From assembly GCA_051942165.1 (NCBI GenBank), contig JAVECS010000017.1:1-44839 (forward strand): DNA of 44,839 nt. Reading direction: 5' to 3'. The notes beneath the pieces are model-generated. The model worked only from the letters and a program-made list of their open reading frames with translations, was not told the DNA's origin and ran no database searches. A program made the position numbers and the translations under genes. Positions 23,046 to 34,786 of this stretch are shown piece after piece. Position 1 is the first letter of the stretch. Each line of letters opens with the position of its first letter. This DNA is from Circinaria calcarea (taxonomy: Eukaryota).

Positions 23046-24585
23046 CTAAATACCGCCACGGCCCCTCCGCCATCCAGGATACTTCCGGTACTGGCGACTG
23101 TCGATGCCTGACAAAAGTGGGCAATCCAGGGCAGCCAGGCTCTTATTCAGCAAATCAGTCAGAGGCATTGTCGCTAATTTGACGTCCGAGTAAACTGAGC
23201 GTAAAACGCTGGGGCCCTCTACTTGAATGGACGCCAGAATGAAGCATAGGAGGTTATTGCCCTGAGTAAGAGTTCCACTCTTGTAGACGTCCTTTGTCAA
23301 TACCGCAAGGTCGACCGGAACAAAACTATTCGGTAAGCCAATGTTCCCACCCACCATAAGCAGGCGGGAATCTCTGATGCCATAGTAGAGTACATCCGCT
23401 ACAAAGGACTGCCACCGAGAAAATGAGCATACATAAGCTGGGCGTGATAGTTTGGAGTTCTTACTGCGATAGTGTATTCGGCTCCAACAGCCGTCTTGAA
23501 CCAGTTGTCCGGAATACGCTCGTGGCCAGGATTGTAGGTGAAGTTTCCGGATTCTCCAGAGACGGCGAAGAATGATTTAAAAGTCTCCTTGTCAAGGTAA
23601 CCTTCTGGGTATTCCTCCGACTTATTCGACATTATGGCCGCGGGGAGTTGATAGCCGGCGGGAGAGACAAACAGCCCAACAAAAGGAGGAGAGAAGAAAT
23701 ATCCGTTATTCATTAACGAGTCGTTAAGCCTGGCTTGCCGAAAGCTGAAAAGGGCATCGTACTGCTCGCGAGCCCCCTTTCTCTGGATCAGTAAGAAGAT
23801 TCTAGTTACGCCAACGACCGAGTAGGTAATCATACTAGATTCTCTGGGAGGGCATCATAATACTGTTGAAACTGTGAGAGCCTCAACGCATTGTTGTCCC
23901 CCCTGCCCTGATGTTAGTCTACTATTAGGGTAGTTGGAAGTGATTAGAATGTGACTTACGTGAGATATAGGTCTCCGCGGGTCGAAGAAGAATCAGCCTC
24001 GTACCTGTTATGAGAGCCAGTTAAGCCGCTGGGGGCCTTTTGGAGTCCCTGACCGCCTAAGATGTTGGGGCTAGCAGCAGCAGATCCACCAATGGAGAAT
24101 CCGGGGGTCTGAGACAAAGGACTGCCGCTAAACACGGTTCCATACAGGGCTAGGAACGTTCCGAGATCTGTTCCCATACCATATACTTATTGACATTAGT
24201 TTACGGGAAATGGCTTTTGGGACGTTTGCCACTAAATTAACTGACCTTTATTGACAGCCTCAATGAAGCTGGGAATTGTAGCCACTCCGTTATGCGGTAG
24301 GTACCCGTGGTTGGCCAGAGCATTCAGACCAGGGCAAGGACCTCGCTGGTCGCCGGCGGTAGGTGCGACGAAGGCATGTTCCCCTTTCGTGGACACCGCC
24401 TGCGCCTTGGGATCAAAGCCTAATCTCTTGTCGGTTCGACTCCATTTGTCAGGTTCGATCAATTGGAGGCAGCCCCCTTTCCCCGCTTCCTGCCCTGGGT
24501 AATGCGTGAGCGCGTCCGAAGCCGAACCAGGGAAAGCTAGTATAGTGGAAGCTCCGAGGACGAGCACGGCCCACGGCGCCTGCAT
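23046..24585 (-). CDS. Secreted heme-thiolate peroxidase / unspecific peroxygenase (long type)
   Basis: Signal peptide, proximal Cys motif RGPCPGLNALANHGYLPH, SHNRYEADSSSTRGD and GHERIPDNW. Four introns (24186-24245, 23903-23959, about 23777-23835, 23409-23464) give an intact frame. Confidence 0.9.
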
Positions 24586-26295
24586 AATCTTTATCATACT
24601 GCGTACCCGATGGCAATTCAAGTCGGAGTGATCGTCAAGGTGGACCTAGGTAAGAAAAGGATGGCTAGATGCCTTATGAGGTGTAAAGGAGGGATCGTAG
24701 AAACTTGTAAAGGTTCCCCGAACTGTGGTCGCGAGAATGTGTGATTCAAGATAAGGATGCGTGCTTTCAGGGCTCGCCTTGCTAGAGTCGATTCTCCAAT
24801 GCTTGCCGTTGCGCGATCACTTCGTGCTTCACGAGACTTCGGGACTGGCTGCGAGCGGGCGTCAAGTGAGTGAGAGCAGGTAGCGAGACGCTTTGGAACT
24901 GTTTAAGTGGTGATCGAGAAGGCCGGCAATTAGAGTCTTCACTGAGTGTATAAGAACTTCTGTGGATTGATCCGGCTTCGATGCATGGGAAGCTGAGGTG
25001 GGAACTCGAGGACGACAAGGTGGTACATAAGCTGAGGCAGCTCCCTCGGAAGCCATCCATCGAAGGGTGCCTACGCTCAGCTAGTGAAGGGCCTTCGACG
25101 GAGTGGAGGGTACTGCCCGGAGGATTGCTTTCGCCTTTGGCAGCGCTGTAGAGCCTGTGTTGCACCGAGACTGCCGACGGACGAGATTCGCGGCTGTCTG
25201 CATGGTGCTGATTATCTCGACTGTCCTTGGTCATTCAGTGTCCACCCTCAAATCCTCTGTGTTCAGGGAAGGCAGGTAGGAGTCAACGGGAAGACGAAGG
25301 AGACTTGTACGTGGGCTCCTCGCATACAGGAAATTACCGAGAAGGTGCCTGGCAGGGTCGATGGAGACGGTTCCTAACCACAGCTCTCAGGATCCATTCG
25401 GGGGTCTCTCACAGATCCGACCTGCATCCGCAAGACTCGAGGTGGGTGGATTGGCATGTATGACAAATTCGAGGCCGAAGCTGTACTCATTCGTATTGCT
25501 TCTCCCCTCGTCGCTTCCGTTTCGCCCTCTGGGCAAAATCGCAACGGACTAAGCGGCTACCCAAGACGTGTGACCTGGAAGGTGGCAAGCTCGATCTATT
25601 CCCCTCGCCATGTCATCGAATGATGCCACTTGGACCGAAGACGAGCGGGAAGCAGCCCCAGGATATGGCGGTGCAACATGAAAGGTATGGCCGGTTGGCT
25701 GCGAAGGTACGACGGGCAGGGTGAGCGTAGGATGGTTCTATGGTCCGTACGGATTGAACCAACATTTCAATCTATCGTGCATTCTTTCCCAAAACTCAAC
25801 CGTCACCTTCAAAGACCATGGAATCCGCGTGCGGGGAGACTCAACTGTAGCGTCAACGTGTCGATAAGAGGACCTTACATCTGCTTTGCCTCCCCGGCGT
25901 CTTGGCAGCAATTGCCCCAACGGCGCTATTCTACGTACAGCAGTCGAAGCAGTGACAAGAAAAAGGAGCAGGCGCTCACACGAGAACCTTTCCTTTCGAT
26001 GCTATGTATGACGGTGTCCATTCACACGGTACGATTCGAACATGTAACCATGAGCTAAGATAGCTACAGCACGACATTAGGTGATTTGACTACTATATGA
26101 CAACATTATCCTTCCCTCCTCCCTCGCTCCAGCATGAACTCACTCACGCTGATTGACCGTCATCCCGAGCGTCTGCCGCCCACTTCCGACCCGATCCCCT
26201 CGAGGCTCGCCAAGAAGCTCAAAGCAATGTTCGACTTTTGATACACTGATCTTAATACACACTCGGACTTTTGGGCCAAGGTTGGGAAGCCTGGA

Positions 26296-29159
26296 CTAGA
26301 AACCGAGCTTTTGGTAAAACAGTAAGTAGGCGACCTTATTGTCCTTGACGGAGTAGCGGGCCACCGGGGTCCTTTTGCCTGACGAAGGCGTAGGCGTTGC
26401 CGTCCCATTGACAACTCCCGACCACTTTCTGCTCCCAGTGGCGGAGTTAGGCGTGCTACCGTTAACCTGGCTCCAGCCCGTTTCGAACTCAACCTTCTCT
26501 TCATTGTCTTCGCGAACTTGATCGAAAACGCTGCTCATCAAGCTCTGATCATTCTTGTGCTGCTCCAGAGCAGCCGCTAAGATCTTCGGATCTTCTTCAC
26601 TCCCTCCTTCGGCAACATCCTCGCTGCGTATTCGGCGTATGATAGTATCATCAAGCCTTATCCACTCTCGACCCTCTTGACGACGTACATCCACCGTATA
26701 GTGACCACCGCTAGCGTTTTTGCCGTGGTGATACACCACACCGATTAGACGATATTTAGGCAAGCTTCCATGAGCTACCAGACCTCCTCGCCGATGTTGC
26801 GGGAAGACTTCTTTTGGGATTTCAAGCTCTAGTGGGTAGCCGACCTTCTTCCATATCTTCTGAGTGCCTCCAGTATTGTCATACTGGAATCGCTTAAGAT
26901 GGAGAATGAGGACAGGTGGAAGTGTCTCAATGAACACCTGTTTGGTTGCCGCAATGCCGGGCCCCCGAGGAGAATTGAAGTCACCGTGGAGGATTTCTGA
27001 TCTGGTCAGACCTTTCAGTGCATCCGTAATATTGCTAACTTGCGGCGACCCGATATCAAGTTGGAGTGGCTGATATGGTTCTAAGGTCACAGAATTCTTG
27101 GCACCCGGGACCCTTAGTTCTGACCGCAACTTTCCCCCGAAAATCTTTGTTATGGGCGAATCGGCATCGATGAGACCTGAGGACCGGGTGACAGCAGCCT
27201 TTTGACGAGGGCCAACTTCCAGCCATCCATTATTACCTCCAAGGTCCGCTTCACTTCCTGGAGATCTCGTTTCATCGAATACAAGTGACTCGGAGAGAGA
27301 ACTCTTTACAGTTGACTTCATAACCTTAGCGCATTCATCGTGCATCTCTTCCAAGAGAAATCCAAGGAACTCCTCGGCGTCTTGTTGGTGCCCGCGCTGC
27401 AATTGTTAGCAATAGACTGGGGCATGTTAGTACCGAGAAACGTACTCTCATGGTGGAGAATCGTGGTAAGCGCCGAATAACCTCATAAACAAAGTCGGGT
27501 ATGAACGCCTCTCCATAATCCTCAAGCTCACTATCCTGTAGCCGCATTCGCAGTTGCTCAACAGATTTTGCACAGTCAATCACAGGAAATTCTCTTATAA
27601 ACATGATCCTAGAGTACCTTAGCTCACTGGCTATATTGCTGATGAGTTTGTCGGACCAGTACTCACATTGCGTCCATCAAGGGAGTCTCACTTTTAAAAC
27701 TGTGAGCAGCTTGCTTACCGACCTTATCTAAGAAATTGTAAAAGGGAACGCAAAATACCAAGACCTGTAGAATCTAGACGACATGTCAGTAACTGAAATC
27801 TTGAATATAAATCAAGATACATTACCGAGTTCATATAACACATGTTGCCGGTATTAACAAGTCCTCTTGGCTTCAAGAAGGCAAGACGGTTTTCTGATTC
27901 GCTGTCTTGAACACTGAACGAATTTAGTGCATCAGCGATAGAGCAAGCTTTATTGATATGAACTTCGCCGGGTACAGCTCCGGTGGCATCGCTAACAGGA
28001 TTGACGAATGGCAAAGCCGCTGGGGCTCTTATTTTAAGTAGGTCGGCCCAAGACTTTGGAGTTGTTTTTGCCTGTGGTGACGATGCTTTAGACGTTTGTT
28101 CGGAGTCGATAGGCACTTCGTCATCTTCAGCACCCACCCGCTGAGTCACCTCTAGTGCGTTCTTGAGATGATCTGCATTATTAGGCGGTTCTAGGATCTT
28201 CGCTTTCTCGGAAATAACGCTGACTGACTGCCGCTTTGATGAGCGTGAGAGAGACGGAATGTTCGGTACAATAGGCACAACAGGTACAATCTTAGCAGGT
28301 TGACGATTCCCGACTTTGGTATCCGAACTCGGTAAAGGTCTGGACTGTTGGGATGATGCAACCACCGAAGAAGGCGTTGTAGGTTGCGACGACTCGGCCT
28401 CAGACGGAGCTTTGGATGTAATTGGGGTGGCAGAGCCAGACGGCTCCAGTGTAGCTATAGGCTTACCAGACGGCTTAGGAGTTTCTGTTTTGGATGACGA
28501 CTCTAATTCCTGGGTATCCTTTGCCGCCGGAGGATCAATACGTGAAGGCAATTCCAAAGGTGAACTCGAGGGCTGGGGCCGAGGCCGGCGACGGCGCCTT
28601 CTCGACGCTGTTTTCGGGAAATCTGCTTCAGACACGGAGTACCAAGGTAACTGCAGTCGATCAGCGCTGTATTCACAAACGGTGCAGCCATTGGAGCAGC
28701 CTAACTTACTGGAGGATAATATGGCATACGCCGTGTTACCGGAGGAGGTGCGGGCGGTGGTGACGGACGATTTCGCGTAACCGTAGATGGCGAGGGGGAA
28801 TGCCTGATGCCAGGAGGAAGAGGAGGAGGGGAGAGCATTCGAGATCTATCAGACGACGAGTATGGCGCGTGCTGAGGATTCGGTCTGTGCAACATCGGAG
28901 CAGCGTTGTGCATCATGGGATATTGCGCAGCTACTGTCGAGGGATACTGTTGATATTGTCGAGGCATCGGAGCCTGCATGGAGTTATGGTACCACTGGGG
29001 GTTCGGCTGAGGGTGAAAGTGCTGGGCGACGGCGTGCTGGTGTTGGTGGTGGTAATGATAGGCATGTGGATATGGGGATTGTGATGGCGACGGCGTATAA
29101 GGCATTTCATGCGGCCTCCGACTTGTCTGAGTCATCGAGGGGATGTGAGGATTCATCAT
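26296..29159 (-). CDS. UBP3: Ubiquitin carboxyl-terminal hydrolase Ubp3/USP10
   Basis: Cys box GLVNTGNMCYMNS, QQDAEEFL, LILHLKRF, His box HHGKNASGGHY and AYLLFYQ. N-terminal LPWYSV and PKSWADL motifs typical of Ubp3. Introns 28651-28709, 27774-27825, 27609-27666 and 27397-27445. Confidence 0.92.
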
Positions 29160-29722
29160 ATCAGCTTCTGCTTCGAGGAAGCCCACATCGGCGGAGAGAT
29201 GTTTTTGTTAACTTATTCTAGGTATATCGATGCACACACGGCTGTTGGGCAGATGCGCTGGTCTCTTCGTCTCAGTTGAGATCACAGCTCTCCTCTGCTG
29301 GTTCTAAAGCCGTTCTGCAGAGCGACGCTGCCGTGACTCCAATATTCTAGGACCACAAATTGGGGGAAACGAGCAGTACATGTCCCTCTGTCGAAGATAA
29401 ATTCGCGGTCGGTGCTACTTTACGGCGTGCCGGAGTATAACGCTGGCGAGCTGTAGGGGTTAGCGTCACGCTAGCATGACTCCCCACTCGAACTCGAGTA
29501 TCATAAGGTGTGACTCCCTTGTCCTCCGGATCTTCAGAGTACAACGGTCTCTTCTTCTTCCTCCTCCTCCTCCTCCTCCTTCTAGGGAGGTGGTCTCACA
29601 CTTGACTAACCTTTTGACAGCGGCGAAAGACCGCAATCTAGTGTTGGTGGAAGTTAAGATTCTCCTCAGCCAGCCTGGAGAGCTCGAGTTACGAGCTTAT
29701 CGCGCTGGACGCCCCTCTCGAT
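29160..29722. promoter_or_regulatory. Divergent (probable bidirectional) promoter between UBP3 and MAG2, with a (CTT)/(CCT)n tract and a probable 5'UTR intron ending at 29620
   Basis: Head-to-head ATGs 563 bp apart; CCT repeat about 29551-29582; branch ACTAAC 29605-29610 followed by ACAG at 29617-29620. Confidence 0.65.
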
Positions 29723-32138
29723 ATGTCATCGAACACGGCCATCTCATTGGCAGCGTCCAAGGCCTCGAATTCCACCCCTCAGCTAATTTCGCCCGCACAG
29801 TCCCAAGCTCCTTCATCGATAGGGCAAGATGGCCCCTCACAGAGGCGAAGTGGGAGCTCGGGCAACTTTGCAAGAACCGCCATGGCTGCAGCCAGAAACA
29901 ATCAATCTTCCCGAAAGCAGCACAAGACTCAAAGACGAGCCAGACTTGCGGATGAGGATACTGCTGCTGAATCAGTAGGCGCCTGCAGGGTTGATTTGAT
30001 TATACCACTTTTAACGAGCTAACTGGGCATACCCGCAGGCAGCGATAAGGTCGACCAGCAGCCGCAAAGGTCAAACCTCTATAACGCACTTGATGAACTT
30101 TACACTTCCACCTCGACCTCAGAGCCATCCGCACTTAGGGTATAACCGTAACGCCCGTAGAAATCCCACATGGGGACTTGGCTCGGGCCACCATGCCGTT
30201 GACAAAGCCAGGTGAGATTAAACAAGCACATGAGATGATGCATCTCCTGATCCACTGCGCAGATACATTCATGCAAACTATCGTTTCATTGTCGACCCAC
30301 GGGGAGACTATCGTCCGCAGGCTATTGATGCCGACATACATTTGGATTGGAACAACGTTTTACAAATCCTTGCATCGGCTGAGTCTCAATCCACTAGTTG
30401 TCCGATTTGTTTGTCTATCCCAGTGGCCCCTCGGATGGCTAAATGTGGGCACATGTTCTGCTTGCCCTGTCTCATTCGGTACATGCATTCCACAGATGAA
30501 ACGAATCCAGTGCCTGAGAAGAAGGCGAGATGGAAGAAATGTCCCATCTGCTGGGATAGTATTTATGTTTCAGAGACACGACCTGTGCGTTGGTTCCTTG
30601 GACAGGAAGGTGAAGCCCCTCGGGAGGGTGGCGACGTTGTCTTACGGCTCATGATGAGGCAGGCAGGGAGTACACTTGCTTTGCCAAGAGATGGAGCTGA
30701 ATCCCTTTCCAAATCTGAGGCTATTCCATGGTATTATGCCGCGGAGGTGACAGACTATGCCCGCGTTATGAAGGGTGGCGAAGATTACATGATTGCCCAC
30801 TTCGACCGTGAAATCGAGGATTTACGTAGGCAGGAAAAGGAAGATGAAGTCATGTTTAGTGAAGAGGGTCAGTGGACAAAGAAGGCAGTTGCAATAATAC
30901 TTGAGGCAAGAGAGAAGCTTAAAGGAATTGGAAATCCGCCTCACCCCCTCCATAAGCCCGACGAGAGAAAGCTAAAACGTCCGCCAATTCAATTCAACGA
31001 GTCAGACGAGCAGGCTCCAGACTTTTACCTATTGCAACACGCCGTTAAGTCGGGACGTTCGCTCGCTGCAAATCCTAGAATAGCCCCGAACTCGGGCTCG
31101 ACTTCGTCTATTCCAGGCGTAATCGCTACCTCAGAATTGTCGTCACGAGCAATTGAACAGAACGAGAGATTACTCCTCGTTCCCCCAACTCCTCTTACTG
31201 GATCTTATGAACAAGATCCCGGAACTAGCATTCCGGTAAAGTCTAATACTCCTTTGCCGAAGGCTAACGGACTAGAACATCCGCCGTCAGGCGAACCAGC
31301 TTTCTTCTTTTATCAAGCCTTACTCCACTACTACTTATCCCCACTTGATATACGGATCCTTAAAGCAGCCTTTGGTGACTTCGCATCGTTTCCATCTACT
31401 ATCTTACCTCGGGTAGAGCGCGTTTCCACCGGCCATATCGTTGATGATGAGCTGCGGAAACGTGCCAAGTACTTAGCACATTTACCTTATGGGTGTGAAG
31501 TGGGATTTCTTGAATGCGACTGGACTGACACGGTTGTTCCGGAGGTGTTGGCTATGTTCAATGGGGAAATAGAGCGTCGTCGGAAGCGAAATCGGGAAAA
31601 GGAAATGCGTGAAGAGAAAGAGCGCGTAAGGGCGGAAAAAGAAGAAGATGATAACCGATGGGCCGCTGTGAGGAGGAAACGACCAAGCTTCCCAAAGGAC
31701 AAGGCCCCTGATTCAAGTTTTGCGTTACACGCAGAACCCGATGATTCGTTGGGTACTTCTTCATCGGTGGACTTGACAGCCGCCTCTTCCTCGCCACCTT
31801 GGTTATCATCATTAGTCCGTACGGGCTCGGCTTTCGCCTCTCTAGCCTCTCCCTCAACGAGTCCCGGCGCGCCCAGGACGGTCTGGGGAACGACCGCCAT
31901 AGCCTCTAGTTCACCTCCTTTACAGCCCGTAGGCCATGAGCCGGATTTGAACGACAACGATGGATGGCTCGAGGGCTGGGAACATGACCTGTGGGCGGAG
32001 GAGGATTTGATTTCTCGGTTCCAAGCCAACGCTGTTGGCGTTGGCAGCTCCCAATCGGGCGCATCAACGGGCAACAGCAAAAAGAAAAAGAATAAAAAGA
32101 TTATGCTCATGACAACAAACGCTCGGAGAGGTGCATGA
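29723..32138 (+). CDS. MAG2: C3HC4 RING E3 ligase Mag2/RNF10
   Basis: RKGQTSITHLMNF, DKARYIHANYRF, RING CPICL...KCGHMFCLPCLIRY...KCPIC, FFFYQ...YLSPLDIRILK, LRKRAKYLAHLP and a terminal KKKKNKKIMLMTT. Introns 29975-30038 and 30212-30262. Confidence 0.92.
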
Positions 32139-32771
32139 TGGCTCCTATATGGTGTTTAAGGTGTTGTACATGGCATGAGATACATGACCTGATTGATTGC
32201 ATTTATACTTGTACATAGCCCTGCACATTGTGCAGACAACAAGCAACTGATGCTTCCGCAATGATCCTTCTGGACAGCTAAACTTTTCGTGATGCAGGTA
32301 AGCAAGCATAGTGCGTTGTATGGAATACACAATGTCTGGAGGCTCCGTGACCCCTTCTGACCTGGGTTGGTCTCGATGTTATGACAGCGACCTCCGTGAA
32401 TTGGCGACCTTGTCCCGCGGTTGACCAAAAAAAAATGCCCACCGTATTCAATGACCTATTGTGGCAGTTCTGGCCACTAAGTTTGTGATGACTCTTCTAA
32501 CGTAGGCGATTACTTGCCGACAGGGACACTAAATCAAAGCTTCCGGGTTGCCATTTACTCGGTCTAAAAACAAAATATCGGAAATTGCGATTTGGCCGAA
32601 TTCAGTCACGTCGATCACATAATGGAATGCTCCGTATGTAATTTGCACTTTCGCGTGTTGGTCCACCCTTACTACATTGTTTTTCCATCTTCCGCTCGTT
32701 ACCTGTGATTCATCAACGTTTGCTTTGGAGTTTTCAGCGACGTGTCACACGATTGAAAGGGAAAGCCTAGC

Positions 32772-34628
32772 ATGACACAAACAAGATCACAGCTGGGCTT
32801 GACACCCAGGTATGCCGCTCCCAAGCTCCGATTCTCAACATTCAAAACCTTATGCCAAGGCAGGAAAACTGAGCATCCAGGATTTGTCGAAACCCCGGGG
32901 GCTTTCCGAAAGACAAGGTCCCGAAAATCAAACACCCCAGAGGTCAAGGATGCCCATCCGGACGTCGTTAGCACTTTCTCAGAGCCCCTGGAAGACCATG
33001 CTAAGGTACCGATAGCTATCACCCATGGAAATTTAAATGGCAGCATAATGGCAAATAGCAGCGCAAAGGCGAATGGGACGGTTAATGGAAATTTAAATGC
33101 GGCACGCAAAATCGACGGATGGGAGGAGGGTAAAGATCCTCGAGTGGACTATAGCGGTCATTTTGAGTTCGGTGGTTCACTAGGTGTCAGTGCCATGATG
33201 CTAGGGTTTCCTTGCCTTATGTACTACATGTGGATCGGGGCTACATACTACAATGGCCATTTACCTCTACCGGCAGAAGGGCAGAGTGTTCTGAATTTCT
33301 TCCAGCAGATGGTAAAGTTGGTTTATGAAGGCGCCTTTCCAACCGCCAAAGCCTGGGCAATCTATTGGACATTCTTTATCTTTGAGGCTACTTGCTATAT
33401 ACACCTTCCTGGTATTACTACCAAAGGAAAGCGGTTACTGCATGAAGGTGGCAAGCAGTTAACATATCATTGCTCTGGCATCTGGTCCTTCGCGGTTACC
33501 ATCCTAGTCATGGGTTCACTTCATCTCACCGGAGCCTTCAAACTTTATACGATTATAGACGAATTCGGCCCTCTCATGTCGGTCGCCATCATCTCTGGGT
33601 TTCTAGTATCATTTGTCGCTTATACCTCGGCTCTATATCGAGGTGCCGAACATCGAATGAGTGGCTATCCAATCTACGATTTCTTCATGGGGGCTGAGCT
33701 GAACCCGAGGATGTTCGGAATCCTCGATTTCAAGATGTTTTTCGAAGTTAGAATTCCCTGGTACATCTTGTTCATGATCTCATGCGGCGCAGCTGCACGG
33801 CAATACGAGCAGTTTGGGTGGGTGTCGGGCGAGATGATGTTCCTCGTGATGGCTCATTTCCTGTATGCTAACGCATGTTCGAAAGCCGAGGAATGTATCG
33901 TGACTACCTGGTAAGTGGCGTCAAATCAATGTAACAAGTACTCGATTGACCAGACCCTCAGGGATATGTACTATGAGAAATGGGGGTTCATGCTCATATT
34001 CTGGAACATGGCAGGCGTCCCGTTGACATACTGTCACTGCACCATTTACTTGGCCAACCACGCGCCTTCCGTTTATCACTGGAATCGGATTGCTCTGGTC
34101 TTACTCTACGCGTCGTACCTTTTTATGTACTGGGTTTGGGACACTGCAAACGCCCAGAAAAATAGATTCAGACACGAAGAACGGGGCACATTGATGAAAA
34201 GGAATGCGTTCCCTCAACTACCTTGGCAGAGTGTTAAAAACCCCAAAACGATCGAGACCAGAACAGGGGACTCTCTTCTTGTTGATGGATGGTGTATGTC
34301 TCTTTCCCCCTAACCTTGGGTTGCATTTCCCTGACTGTAACTAGATAAGTATGCGCGCAAAATAAACTACACAGCTGATCTCTTCTTTGCTCTGAGCTGG
34401 GGGTTAATCACCGGTTTCGACAGCCCCTTCCCATGGTTCTATCCCGCATTCTTTACCGTCATGATTGCCCACCGGGCATATCGCGATATCCAAAAGTGTC
34501 GAGCGAAATATGGAGAAGCATGGGATGAATATACAAGACGGGTCCCGTATTTGTTCATACCAGTGAGTCCTATTTCTCTCTCCCATTTCATATCTTGTGA
34601 GACTAACGAGTCACAGTATATAATTTAG
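32772..34628 (+). CDS. ERG4: Delta(24(28))-sterol reductase
   Basis: HFEFGG...[52 protein letters not shown] and [21 protein letters not shown]...VPYLFIPYII*. Introns 32810-32863, 33911-33961, 34294-34344 and 34563-34616. Confidence 0.93.
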
Positions 34629-34786
34629 ATATCGTACTTGACATATAGAATGATACTTAATTAATATGTTGAACTGTCCGACCGGCGCTCTCCAGTACCT
34701 CGCCGTGGAAATTCGTAGGGCGAAGATCGCTTGCATCTGTACATCGTCGTGAGCGAGTTGGAATTTTGCACCTCATCAAGCCCGCT

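Noticed and set aside
24782..26058. Several 60-150 aa ORFs between the peroxygenase and UBP3
   Set aside because: No motifs, consistent splice structure or coding bias; probably promoter and 3'UTR sequence.
31487..32110. 207-aa minus-strand ORF
   Set aside because: Antisense shadow of the MAG2 C-terminus.
32580..32760. Sterol-regulatory (SREBP/Upc2-like) sites upstream of ERG4
   Set aside because: Only partial matches (GTCACGTCGAT, TCACACGAT), not distinguishable from chance.
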